From positions 47,030 through 111,029 of the IMG/VR virus record IMGVR_UViG_3300037067_022448: a stretch of DNA of 64,000 nt, one strand, 5' to 3'. Shown one piece after another: positions 1 through 9,873 of this stretch; the stretch's first letter is position 1; the number at the start of each line of letters is the position of its first letter. The translations under genes were made by a program, and so were the position numbers. The notes beneath the pieces are model-generated. The model was not told the DNA's origin. It was given only the letters and a program-made list of their open reading frames with translations, and searched no databases. The stretch comes from a virus (taxonomy: Duplodnaviria; Caudoviricetes).

Positions 1-253
1 CACCGAAAATATTTGCTGCTGATTCCTCATCACCGCTTTTTATTTTCTTAGCAATTCTTTTGGCATCAGGTTTTATAACTTTTTCATAATACTCTTTGGA
101 ATTCTGATAATTAATATCAGGAGAACACAGTGAAATTATTTTTTTTAGTTTGCCACTACATTTAGGGCATACTTGTAACAACTCATCATTAATACTCTGA
201 AGCTCAATTAATTGATGAGAACAAGCGAGGCATCGATATTCATATAACGGCAT
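1..253 (-). CDS. FmdB-family zinc-ribbon protein (3' end cut by the window edge; not in the supplied ORF track)
   Basis: Manual translation from ATG at 253: MPLYEYRCLACSHQLIELQSINDELLQVCPKCSGKLKKIIS..., the MPxYEYxCxxC...CPxC FmdB pattern. GGAGGAAG RBS directly upstream. Confidence 0.85.
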   Translation of the reverse strand, partial: MPLYEYRCLACSHQLIELQSINDELLQVCPKCSGKLKKIISLCSPDINYQNSKEYYEKVIKPDAKRIAKKIKSGDEESAANIFG

Positions 254-485
254 ACTTCCTCCTTAGCGTACTTACATATTTCTTCACTGCTCATATTTTT
301 ATATTTACTATTTTTCTTATAATTATTATTCGATAAAACCAATGTTCGCTTGTTTACACACATAAAAACCATTTCTTAATCTAAGCAGATCATCGGATAC
401 AATAATATTAAAAAAACCTGTATACTTTTTAAGTAACCTATCATACTTCTAAAGTCGCCACGCCGTTTATAATTTCATTCCATCT

Positions 486-629
486 TCATTCTCTACAATT
501 AATTTTAAATTTATAATCTTCCCATTCTCGTAATATTTTCTGTCGCCAAACTGAGTCGACAACTTTAAATTTAAGAAACAACTCCTGATAAATTACCGTA
601 TACAATTCATCTATTTCAGTCTCCGTCAT
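486..629 (-). CDS. Small hypothetical ORF (47 aa), possibly the 5' part of a frameshifted gene
   Basis: MTETEIDELYTVIYQELFLKFKVVDSVWRQKILREWEDYKFKINCRE*. It overlaps the end of dnaB, and the sequence down to ~260 has only broken frames. Confidence 0.35.
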   Translation of the reverse strand: MTETEIDELYTVIYQELFLKFKVVDSVWRQKILREWEDYKFKINCRE

Positions 630-2028
630 TTTCGTAACCATCCATTACATTATAAGTCTCCGGCGCCCATCCTGGCACATCATCATAAATACGCATTATA
701 TCTAGGCGTTTATGCAAAACAAATGCCCCTTTCTCACCATCACGCATTTTACTAATATAAACTTCCATATCTGGTCGCAAATGCTCATCCTTTCGTGTTT
801 TAATATTAAGAAGAATATTTGCATTTTGTGTTAACATAATAGATCTACCAACTCTATGTTGATCTGGAGAAGGCGGCTCTCCACCATCATGTTGTTTAGG
901 TGGTCGATTAAGTTGCACGGGCGAAATTACTGCTATATTATATTGTCTACAAAATTCATGCATCTGTTCTGCCAATCTTCCTAAATTAAGCCAGTCTGAA
1001 CCCTCATCTCTATCTGGAGTCATCAAGCTTATATAATCAATAATAATTAAATCTGGTTGATATTCAAAACATTTTTCAATATATGCAGACTCGATTTGTG
1101 CCATAGTACAACCACGCGGTACGTCAACAATATGGAAATGTTTATGATATCGCCTTTGGAATTTAAGAGCTGCCTTAAAACGTTCTGTTTCCTCTAATGT
1201 TAATTTACCATCACGTAGATTATATAATTGAATACCGGCTAATGAACAATCGATGCGCCGACGCAAATTGGCATAAGGCATTTCAATTGTAAAAAATAAA
1301 ACATTGATACCTGAATCATTAAATTCCATTTTCTCTGCTTCAGCAATAGTACTTGATATAACATTAGTTCCGCACCAAGCATTAAGAGCCATTTGCATAC
1401 AAAGTGCTGATTTACCAGATGACGATTCTCCACCAATTAACATTAGCTCTGCTGGTTGTAATCCATTAGTTATTTTATCAAATTCTCTTAATCCAAGATG
1501 TATTCCTCTTGTAAGCTCTGGATTATCTCTAGCAATTTTATAATTATTCCAAGCTTCTACAACAGTTTCTGCTAAAGACCCTTCCTTAAAAACACGATTG
1601 CTATAAATACCATCAATATTGCCAACAATCCTCCTAAGATCTTTATTGGCCGAACTTAAATCGGTAAATTTTTTTCCATCCCAGTTTTCTCTAAAAATAT
1701 TTTTACCTAATTTAAGAAGTAGTTGAGTATTATATCTAGTTTTGAGTTTATCAAGGTCAGATGGAAATTCTCTAACATCGTAAGATATTGTTATTATTTC
1801 TGTATAAACTGCGGATAATTGTTCATTCCAGATAACACCGCCCTGTTCTTCCATAACTTTAGGAGTTGGGAGTTCGCGAAATTTTTCAAAACATAACATC
1901 AATAATCGATAAAAAATTTGAGCTTCTGGATGTAAGTAATCAGTTGTAATAATCGTTTGTAGTTGAAGTGCAATACGCTTCTCTCCTAAAACATATGCCA
2001 AAATCTTTTTATCTAACTCTGGAATCAT
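616..2028 (-). CDS. dnaB: Replicative DNA helicase, DnaB family
   Basis: GLREFDKITNGLQPAELMLIGGESSSGKS (Walker A), FFTIEM, IIIDYISLM (Walker B), SPVQLNR and ISKMRDG motifs of DnaB-like SF4 helicases. Confidence 0.93.
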   Translation of the reverse strand: MIPELDKKILAYVLGEKRIALQLQTIITTDYLHPEAQIFYRLLMLCFEKFRELPTPKVMEEQGGVIWNEQLSAVYTEIITISYDVREFPSDLDKLKTRYNTQLLLKLGKNIFRENWDGKKFTDLSSANKDLRRIVGNIDGIYSNRVFKEGSLAETVVEAWNNYKIARDNPELTRGIHLGLREFDKITNGLQPAELMLIGGESSSGKSALCMQMALNAWCGTNVISSTIAEAEKMEFNDSGINVLFFTIEMPYANLRRRIDCSLAGIQLYNLRDGKLTLEETERFKAALKFQRRYHKHFHIVDVPRGCTMAQIESAYIEKCFEYQPDLIIIDYISLMTPDRDEGSDWLNLGRLAEQMHEFCRQYNIAVISPVQLNRPPKQHDGGEPPSPDQHRVGRSIMLTQNANILLNIKTRKDEHLRPDMEVYISKMRDGEKGAFVLHKRLDIMRIYDDVPGWAPETYNVMDGYENDGD

Positions 2029-2696
2029 AATTTTTCCTTACCTTCTCTAGCATCCTTTCCGCTTGCCGGTAGCACTCTAATAAATTGTGCACCTAATGAT
2101 TCGAAAGATTTTTTAAACTCTCCTCCAAAAATCTGACTAATATCTAAAGAATTACTACATAAAATTGTAGGAAGTCTGTTTTGCATCCTATTACGAAGAA
2201 TATTTTCAAGCTGATTTCCAAATAATTCCATGCTTTGTTGGGTAGGAAAAAATCTCTGATCAACTTCATCTATAGCTACAAAGTCAAACTCTTTCATTAG
2301 TAATTTTAATTCTGGATTTGGCCCTACAATATTAGCTACTAAATCTGAAAGTGTAATATAAAACACACTAAAATTTTCAAGAATGGCTTTCTTGAGTATA
2401 GCGCAAGCTGCTAATGTTTTGCCACGACCACGCTCACCAACTAAACATAAAGTTATACCTCTACTATATTCATTACTAATATTTTTAATATATTCTACTA
2501 TAGAATCTTTAAAATTAACTTCACCATAAAAATTATCCATCATTTTGTACCAATAATCAACTGGTATTTCTGCTTCAGCCATTTTATCAATGAACACACA
2601 ATATCCAAAACAGGCGCTACAACCTAGACCTTTACATTTTTGGCAATTACTTACAATTTTTTTCTTCTCAGATTCTATCTTTTTAGTAGAAATCAT
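2025..2696 (-). CDS. DnaC/IstB-like AAA+ ATPase (helicase loader)
   Basis: N-terminal CxxC..CxxC, Walker A GERGRGKT, Walker B VAIDEV, and RNRMQNRLPTILCSN. Its stop overlaps the dnaB start. Confidence 0.85.
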   Translation of the reverse strand: MISTKKIESEKKKIVSNCQKCKGLGCSACFGYCVFIDKMAEAEIPVDYWYKMMDNFYGEVNFKDSIVEYIKNISNEYSRGITLCLVGERGRGKTLAACAILKKAILENFSVFYITLSDLVANIVGPNPELKLLMKEFDFVAIDEVDQRFFPTQQSMELFGNQLENILRNRMQNRLPTILCSNSLDISQIFGGEFKKSFESLGAQFIRVLPASGKDAREGKEKL

Positions 2697-3118
2697 TTTT
2701 CACTCCTATTTGTATTTCTCACAAAACTTGGAGGCGTATATGATGTTTGTACAACATCGCTTGTAGTTGGTATAGCCATCGAAAAATCATTAGGTCGCTT
2801 GTTTATTTTGGCAGCCAGTCTAACTGTATTTTGCACATCTCCGCACAAAACATTATCCGTATTTGCTTCATCAGTAGAATTAATTTCTTGTACTGGATAA
2901 AACTGTCTATCTTCTTTGATATTATATTTATCATGTGGAACATTTTGTGATTGACCACGAATAGCTGCAACTTCACCTAAACAAACCATAGTTTGTTTAA
3001 ACAAACCATGTTCATTAATTTCCATAAAACCTTCGTGTATATTTGTAATAAATCCTTTTATCACAACGCCACTTTTAAGATAAATATCAGCTTCTCTAAA
3101 AATCATCTTACTAAACAT
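2693..3118 (-). CDS. Hypothetical protein (N-terminal Sm/Hfq-like beta pattern, low confidence)
   Basis: 141-aa ORF coupled to both neighbours; ADIYLKSGVVIKGFITNIHEGFMEI resembles the Sm fold. Confidence 0.55.
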   Translation of the reverse strand: MFSKMIFREADIYLKSGVVIKGFITNIHEGFMEINEHGLFKQTMVCLGEVAAIRGQSQNVPHDKYNIKEDRQFYPVQEINSTDEANTDNVLCGDVQNTVRLAAKINKRPNDFSMAIPTTSDVVQTSYTPPSFVRNTNRSEK

Positions 3119-3835
3119 TCAATCCTCCAATTTCTTAAATTCTAGCTCATTATTAATAATAATAATCATTTTCCTATTAACAGCTTCCATAACCACCTTC
3201 TTTTCTAAATCTGCTGTCTTATATGTTTTTATAAACGATATTAAACCATTAAGATCATTCCAGGTTTTAAAATCGTGCGTTTCAAATAAAGCCGGACATT
3301 CTGATTTACACCATTCAAGATAATCTTGTGGCAATGGCGTCTGCCGACGTAATAGCTGATTTTGTGCTTTAGCATATTTATATTCGTTTATAAATTCTGA
3401 TAATGTAAAAAATCCAAGACTAGTTATTGGTTTTTTCCTACTGCGCACTTTTTTAGCAAAAACCCATTTAATATATGTCGCCGCATCTCTAGCATCATCA
3501 TCAAACATAGCAATAATCCTACGAGCCATAGTAAATTCTTTTCCTTTATATGGAATAGGATTAGAAACATCAAAAGTATATGGATATTCATAAAACTCAT
3601 TAAACTTATAACAAAAATATCCTATAAGACATGATGGTTTATCTTTAATATTTTTCCAATATTCTTTTTCTTTCCAACGCGTGCTATACATTTCCCACCA
3701 CTTTTCCCACTCATTAGTTCCGTAGCCACATTTGGGGCATGAGAATACTGGATACTTGGCACCTTTACCCTCAAATATTACTTCAGTTTCTAAACCACAA
3801 ACTTTACATTTTGGTTTTTCAGATTTTTTAGACAT
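3119..3835 (-). CDS. Hypothetical Zn-ribbon protein in the replication cluster
   Basis: Likely start MSKKSEK at 3835 behind GGAGG; CKVC...CPKC ribbon; lies upstream of the loader and dnaB. Confidence 0.65.
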   Translation of the reverse strand: MSKKSEKPKCKVCGLETEVIFEGKGAKYPVFSCPKCGYGTNEWEKWWEMYSTRWKEKEYWKNIKDKPSCLIGYFCYKFNEFYEYPYTFDVSNPIPYKGKEFTMARRIIAMFDDDARDAATYIKWVFAKKVRSRKKPITSLGFFTLSEFINEYKYAKAQNQLLRRQTPLPQDYLEWCKSECPALFETHDFKTWNDLNGLISFIKTYKTADLEKKVVMEAVNRKMIIIINNELEFKKLED

Positions 3836-3917
3836 AAGCGCCTCCGTTCCAATAAATATACAAATAAAAATGGCAAGTCGACTTCGAACTTGTAACATCT
3901 AGAAAATAAAAGGGACT

Positions 3918-6476
3918 TTAGGAACCAACTTTTTGTAATATTTTTTTTGATCGTTTAATTTTAGTTGAATCAAATTTTTTGGGGAGCTTAATTTTAAAAC
4001 GGGATTCCGTTTCATAGACAGAAATTCTAATAGCAGAATGTTTATCAAGATATTTAACATTATCAAAAAAATCTACAACAATAGCATCAGATTTGTTAGG
4101 GAAACCACGGATAACACGACCAATGCGTTGAAGAGCACGTACCGTAGATTTACCACCACCACCAAGAATCAAAGCATCTAAACATGGTATATCAACACCA
4201 ATATCATATACGCTGGAAGCAATTAGGCATTTGAATCTTCCATTCTCAAATTCTTTTTTAACTACCTCTCTCATTTCTCCATCTACTTCTCCATTTACAA
4301 AGTATAATGGGATATCAGATAGAAGTTTTGATAAAGCGTTTCCATGAGATATATATCTAACTAATATTAAAACCTTTCTTCCTTTGTTAATAAGACTCCT
4401 AGCAGAATCCACTATCATGCTATTTCTTATTTCATTGTTTGTAATATAGTCATGATATACACTATGATAATTGTTTCCTGTTTTTTTTGTGATTTCTGGT
4501 ACATCAAACACTACAATATTGGCTGGCACCAAAAATCCGGAATCAATCAGCTTGGATGCTGGCATATTGAAAATTCTAGGACCACAAACCGATTCTAGCA
4601 ACAAATCTGCGCCGTCGTCACGCCAATCTGTTCCACTCAATCCAAATAAATATCTACATTGTTTCCCTGCTTTATAAATCGATTGCAACGTGTCGGTTGC
4701 CAGAAAGTGCGCTTCATCGTAAATAGCTACATTGCTATTTTCTATAGCTTTTTTAATTGCTTTTTTCTGTTCAGAACCTATTTCGCAGATTTCTGGTGAC
4801 CAATCTTCATCATCAAGAGAGACTTTAGATTTTAAACCAAAAGCAGTAATTGCGGTCCAAACTGAACAAACATTAATTTTCTTAATCTCACAATGGCCAT
4901 CACCAATTATACCGATTTCTATTTTTATTGCTTTCTGTAGTTCTCGACGAAATTGGTATAACAAATCTTTACCAACTACATAAACCATAGTTGGTAAATT
5001 ATATTTGGCTACAATCATTGCGGCTATATAGGTATTATGAGTTACAGTAAAATCTCCCAATAAAAATCTGCCGTCGCCATCGAGTTCAATTCCAACATAA
5101 TAGTCTTGCCCTGCGGGTTCAACTTTAAAACCAGTTTTCAATGTGTCTTTTTTTTGAGTTCGTTTTGTAGCTTTTTTCCTTTCAATCTTAACTGGAATTT
5201 CGCTAACATCGCCAGAAATGCTTATTCTATAATAATCTAAATTGAATTTTCTGTCGTGTTTTACAGACATCAGCGCCCTAAATCCAAGAGATCTTGCTAA
5301 AAATACAACTGAATCTGCCCAATCTTTTCGTTTTTGAGTAATTTCATAAGAGTTATTATGTAAATACCCGTCAGTATCAATCCAGCCAGCCAAGAACTGT
5401 AATCTGTTTGCTCTGGATGATGTTAAGTATGTATGGGGGACTATAAGTTCTGGGCCTAACAATTCTCTAACACCTTCCAATAATTTTTTTTCTTTCAAAA
5501 AACCACTAATTCGACAACGGAGTGCGCGGCTTCTTTTGTCTTTTCTGATTTTAAGACACTTGTCATATTTTTCAACAAATATCTTAAGATAATCAATTAT
5601 TTCTTGATCAATAGTTGTTATACAAAGATGGTCTAATTTCCCCTTTGTAACAAGTTTGTCACCATCTCCAAAAAATATCCCCAAAAAATACGGATCTATA
5701 GAAATTTCTGTATCATTTTTAAAATCAACACCAACACTAAATTGTTTGTAACAATGCTTAAATTTTTTACTTTTATTTTTATAATCTCGAATGTTAATAT
5801 CTATTATTTCATTTGAAACTGTATGCTTTAGAGTTAAAATATGTTCATCATTACAATACCACGGCTCTCCTTTAATTGGAGAAATTTTACATATATTTCC
5901 ATATTGGATATTTGTTGATAAAATTTTCCGTGGCCTGCTATCTGGACCCATTAATAAATCTCCGGATTTAAGTTCTTCAACTTTACAAATAGTTCCATCA
6001 TACTTTATAACTTTTGTACCAATTTTCGGGCTCTTGCCGCCGCCTGTGCCAACGCGAATTATACCGCGCTCGTTTTGAACAGTGGCATCTAATGCATCTT
6101 TTTGATATTGTCTCGGAGTGTGCCCATATAAGGGCAATTCTATAGATTGGTAAGTTTCGCGTTTATCATCTATAACATAATCTATTTTATGTTCTTGGAG
6201 AAAATCTGTAACCAGCTTGAGTAATCCGGTTGGAAAAACCATTTTTGAAGTAAGCAGATGTCTTCTCCCATCCCAATGTATAAACTTTTGGGACTCAGGA
6301 TCAAACCAGCCCGAGCGGAAAGCTTTGGTGTACTGATAACCCTCAACATAAAAACTGGTAATCTTGTCAAGACTATCAACGATCTCAATATCTTTGAGAC
6401 CACTGATTCTCGACCAAACATTGCTTACAGAAATGGTTACTATCAATTTTATCTCTTTAAAAGTTTTAAAAATCAT
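3918..6476 (-). CDS. SF2 DEAH-box helicase (UvsW/XPB-like) interrupted by an intein
   Basis: Q motif PRQYQ; Walker A GTGGGK|T split by the intein; YDEAH, GLSGT, DIGVDIPCLD and QRIGRVIR motifs. Confidence 0.92.
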   Translation of the reverse strand: MIFKTFKEIKLIVTISVSNVWSRISGLKDIEIVDSLDKITSFYVEGYQYTKAFRSGWFDPESQKFIHWDGRRHLLTSKMVFPTGLLKLVTDFLQEHKIDYVIDDKRETYQSIELPLYGHTPRQYQKDALDATVQNERGIIRVGTGGGKSPKIGTKVIKYDGTICKVEELKSGDLLMGPDSRPRKILSTNIQYGNICKISPIKGEPWYCNDEHILTLKHTVSNEIIDINIRDYKNKSKKFKHCYKQFSVGVDFKNDTEISIDPYFLGIFFGDGDKLVTKGKLDHLCITTIDQEIIDYLKIFVEKYDKCLKIRKDKRSRALRCRISGFLKEKKLLEGVRELLGPELIVPHTYLTSSRANRLQFLAGWIDTDGYLHNNSYEITQKRKDWADSVVFLARSLGFRALMSVKHDRKFNLDYYRISISGDVSEIPVKIERKKATKRTQKKDTLKTGFKVEPAGQDYYVGIELDGDGRFLLGDFTVTHNTYIAAMIVAKYNLPTMVYVVGKDLLYQFRRELQKAIKIEIGIIGDGHCEIKKINVCSVWTAITAFGLKSKVSLDDEDWSPEICEIGSEQKKAIKKAIENSNVAIYDEAHFLATDTLQSIYKAGKQCRYLFGLSGTDWRDDGADLLLESVCGPRIFNMPASKLIDSGFLVPANIVVFDVPEITKKTGNNYHSVYHDYITNNEIRNSMIVDSARSLINKGRKVLILVRYISHGNALSKLLSDIPLYFVNGEVDGEMREVVKKEFENGRFKCLIASSVYDIGVDIPCLDALILGGGGKSTVRALQRIGRVIRGFPNKSDAIVVDFFDNVKYLDKHSAIRISVYETESRFKIKLPKKFDSTKIKRSKKILQKVGS
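5034..6032 (-). mobile_element. Intein (333 aa) with LAGLIDADG homing endonuclease in the helicase Walker A motif
   Basis: Begins SPKIGTKVIKYDG and ends FLLGDFTVTHN before Thr+1. Removal restores GTGGGKT. Endonuclease motifs YFLGIFFGDG and FLAGWIDTDG are present. Confidence 0.93.
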
Positions 6477-6710
6477 CCTACGATGATTTAAAAACTAGCT
6501 AATCCTTCTCAGCAGGAAGAAAATGAATTATCGTTGCCCATCATCCTGTCGTGTCCATGTTAATGCTTCTACTGAACACAAATTGATTGCCCATATAATT
6601 AAGAATAACATCGAGCGGAAGTGGAGTTTTTTCTCCCGACGCAATAAGATCTTGTACCAATTTTTGTCATTGTTTTCATATTATTATCCTTTTCTAAACT
6701 TCAATTTCTG

Positions 6711-8117
6711 TTATCTTTTTCTTCTATCTATAATCCGCTTACCCGCATTATTGGTAAGAACTCCAAATCCAGATTTCTTTTGTTGAATAACACGATGAAC
6801 TTCTTGTGCTTTCGTTTGAGTATCATTCCCAGTACCATAATCAACTGCCATCTTTTCTGCCCTTGTTTTCTCTTTTTCACGCATAACCGCCATTTGTTCG
6901 GCAGCTTGATTTTTAAGAGTTTCTATTCTAGCTGCTGGTAAACCAAGGCCACTAAACATCGTATAAACTCTAACTACATCTTCTGATATATCTTCCATTT
7001 CATAAACGCCACGAACTAATGATGGAAAATTACAAGCTTCACTAATTACATGGTTGGCATATTCAATATTGATAGCTGGTAGTTTTTTAAGTGTAGCTTG
7101 ATTTGCTGTTACAATATAACCACCAAACCTGGTTTCCTTTAGATTAAAATCACTCACCAATAAACCAGCTTCTAGATTTTCAATAACCGCCTCAGCAATA
7201 GCTGTCGTTTCTAAATAATTAGAAATTTCAAGCATTCCATAAATTGTACAATCGCCGGTTGTAAAAATTCTACCAAAATCCATAGAATCTAAAGAATCGT
7301 ATTGAGTTGGCATAGCTGACAAATGATTAAAAATATGAAGAGGATCAACTATGGCCTGATTTGCAACCGTCCAAAATTCAGCCTTACTTAATCCTGGATA
7401 AAGCAGCTCAATTTTAGAATTGTCGACCACCATTAAAGCCGTAATGACATCGGCGCTTGCCATTTTGGCAAGTTTCCCGAGAGTTGAAACAGAATTATGT
7501 TTGCTTAGAGCATCTTCTGATTCCATGGGCAAAATATAAATAACACCCATTGGTTTTCCAAGTGTAGACATAATACCAATAAGAGCTTCTGCTCCACCTG
7601 AACCAGTTCCGCCACCACCAGAAACAGCAAGAATAAGCATTTCTTGATTGTCACCAAAATTTTCATTTAGTTTATCAAGAATTATTTCCGCATTCTGTTC
7701 AACAGCTTGTCTACCATTATCTAATTCTTTACCGGCACCACCTAATGCGAATGGTAGAAAAATTTTCTTGTTCGTTGGTAAATTAATATGTTCAAGGTCT
7801 TGAGTTGCTGTGTTAAAAACACAAGCCTCGTACCCCAAATCAAAAAAAGTTTCAGCAACTCGCGAACCAGCTTGACCTAATCCAATAACACCAAAATATA
7901 AACTTCTATCACGCTTTGCTACAGCCTTCATTGGTTCCTCCTTTGCTTGTTTGTTTTTGAGCGCAGCCAAAACGTTTAGATCTAATGCTGGCTTCGGTTT
8001 TAAAACTTCTTCGAGTTTTGCATTCTCCTGAGCGATTTCTGCGTCTGTTTTTATTTGTGTGTGCGCGATTTTTTCATCAGTGACAACCACGCGATGTTGT
8101 TTATCATTTTCAGACAT
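6711..8117 (-). CDS. Tubulin/FtsZ-superfamily GTPase (TubZ/PhuZ/CetZ-like)
   Basis: GVIGLGQAGSRVA (T1 loop), GGAGK, tubulin signature GGGGTGSGG, VDN, T7-like DSLDSMDF, and a C-terminal coiled coil. AGGAGA RBS before MSENDK at 8117. Confidence 0.92.
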   Translation of the reverse strand: MSENDKQHRVVVTDEKIAHTQIKTDAEIAQENAKLEEVLKPKPALDLNVLAALKNKQAKEEPMKAVAKRDRSLYFGVIGLGQAGSRVAETFFDLGYEACVFNTATQDLEHINLPTNKKIFLPFALGGAGKELDNGRQAVEQNAEIILDKLNENFGDNQEMLILAVSGGGGTGSGGAEALIGIMSTLGKPMGVIYILPMESEDALSKHNSVSTLGKLAKMASADVITALMVVDNSKIELLYPGLSKAEFWTVANQAIVDPLHIFNHLSAMPTQYDSLDSMDFGRIFTTGDCTIYGMLEISNYLETTAIAEAVIENLEAGLLVSDFNLKETRFGGYIVTANQATLKKLPAINIEYANHVISEACNFPSLVRGVYEMEDISEDVVRVYTMFSGLGLPAARIETLKNQAAEQMAVMREKEKTRAEKMAVDYGTGNDTQTKAQEVHRVIQQKKSGFGVLTNNAGKRIIDRRKR

Positions 8118-8194
8118 TTTATTTCTCCTATAAAATTTACTTGACAATTTTCGATTTCCAAATAAGTTAATGATTGAGGACCAAGGCCATATAG

Positions 8195-9061
8195 TTATAG
8201 ATTAAAAGCCCATCTATTATGATCAAACCACTTTATAGTTTTTTCTAGAGAACTATTTATATTATTAGAATCTGGCTTCCAATTATTTATAATATCACCG
8301 TTATATTCTTTTACCATATAATCATGGTCAAAACTTGGTTTTGACACACAAATATTAAAATCAATATTATATAATCTTTGTATACATTCTGCAATTTCTT
8401 TTTCACTTAAATATCCTAATACTGGCATTTTTATATGACCCTTTATTTTATTATCTAAAACAAACCATATTAAAGATGCAACATCCTCAGCAAATACCCA
8501 AGGAAACTTTTCATCTCGTACTTTTACTGTCTTATGTTTTAATAAACTGTTTTGTATCCATGGAACACTAAACCAAGGTTCAACTCTTTGTCTACACCCA
8601 AAGACATTTGGTATTTCTATGACTGTTTCTCCATCATTTTCTATAATTTTACTTATACAATTCCAAAAACCTATATAATCAAATAATGGTTCTATACACC
8701 CACATATTTGAATTAAAGGTGCTTTTGCACGCAATAAATTAGTAGTACCTGTTAATATTTCGTTAAAATTATTTGCTTGTTGATTTGTATAAAAACATCC
8801 ATTTACAATAAAGTCTGGATTTTCTATAAAAAGCAATCTATCTATAAAATACTCATCTGCTATATTTCCAATATAAAACTTGTGATCTTTATTTAAATAA
8901 ACTCTTTTATAATCATTTATTTTTTTTAGTTTATCTACACTTACAATCTCAAATTCTTTTGTTTCACGCGTCATATACATCAAATAGCGGATAAAATTTG
9001 ACATCAAAAATCCCGCTGAACCACAAACTAAAATTTTTTTCTTTTCCATTATTTTCCCCAA
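8195..9061 (-). CDS. NAD-dependent epimerase/dehydratase (RmlB-like extended SDR), apparently degenerate
   Basis: ILVCGSAGFLMSNF, VDKL, FYIGNIAD, PNVFG, WVFAEDVA and LEKTIKWF. No clear YxxxK motif. Confidence 0.75.
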   Translation of the reverse strand: MGKIMEKKKILVCGSAGFLMSNFIRYLMYMTRETKEFEIVSVDKLKKINDYKRVYLNKDHKFYIGNIADEYFIDRLLFIENPDFIVNGCFYTNQQANNFNEILTGTTNLLRAKAPLIQICGCIEPLFDYIGFWNCISKIIENDGETVIEIPNVFGCRQRVEPWFSVPWIQNSLLKHKTVKVRDEKFPWVFAEDVASLIWFVLDNKIKGHIKMPVLGYLSEKEIAECIQRLYNIDFNICVSKPSFDHDYMVKEYNGDIINNWKPDSNNINSSLEKTIKWFDHNRWAFNL

Positions 9062-9855
9062 ATATAATGCTGTTGTTGTTTTGTTTCAATTATAAAAGGT
9101 GGTGCATCATTTTTAACAAAACCATCAATTCCTCTTCTTTTAAGAGTTTCCTCTAGTGCTTTCTTGGCATTTATATCTTGTTCTGGCCGCGCTTTTGTTG
9201 AAACCTGATGAGGATGTTGTCTATAATAATAAGATATGGGATCTTTAATTCTATGAATTTTAGTAATCTCATCAACTTTAAGAGCTAAATCATAATCAAC
9301 AGCAGATGTTAGTTCATTTGAATAACCACCAACTTTTAATACAATAGACCTTCGATAAAATCTCATTGGAAAAAGACACATATACTTAAGCAACAAATTT
9401 GAATCGTACTCTCCACTATTGGCCACATGTGGTAAAGCCCAAGTTTTCCCTTCATCATTAAAGCATAAAAAGTTTCCACAACATACTCCTATATCTGGAT
9501 TTTTATCCATAAAGTCAACAAACATTTTTAAACAATAGGACGGCATTAAATCATCAGACCCTAAATGACAAATATATTCATAATTTTTTGAAAACTTAGA
9601 AATAGCCTCATTTTTTATTTTGCCAATTCTCCCATCATGGCCATTATGTCTAAAAACTTTTATATTTTCTGAACTGTAAAATAAAGCTTTTTTATATGTA
9701 TTATCGTAAGATCCATCATCTATTATAACCAGTTCCCAATTAATATAAGTTTGATTTTTAATTGATTCTATTGATTTATTTATATATTTTTCAACATTAT
9801 AACATGGCATAAAAATACCTACATTTATCATTTTAAAATCCTTTTTATTAACCAA
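9049..9855 (-). CDS. Glycosyltransferase family 2
   Basis: IFMPCYNVEKYI, WELVIIDDGSYD, LGSDD, VGGY...VDYDL and YYYRQH. Confidence 0.92.
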   Translation of the reverse strand: MVNKKDFKMINVGIFMPCYNVEKYINKSIESIKNQTYINWELVIIDDGSYDNTYKKALFYSSENIKVFRHNGHDGRIGKIKNEAISKFSKNYEYICHLGSDDLMPSYCLKMFVDFMDKNPDIGVCCGNFLCFNDEGKTWALPHVANSGEYDSNLLLKYMCLFPMRFYRRSIVLKVGGYSNELTSAVDYDLALKVDEITKIHRIKDPISYYYRQHPHQVSTKARPEQDINAKKALEETLKRRGIDGFVKNDAPPFIIETKQQQHYIWGK

Positions 9856-9873
9856 AAAAATTATAGTTTTTAA

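Noticed and set aside
6711-8117. Host cell-division ftsZ, implying a bacterial chromosome
   Set aside because: It lacks the FtsZ GGGGxNA and NxDFAD motifs and any dcw-cluster neighbours; the context is viral.
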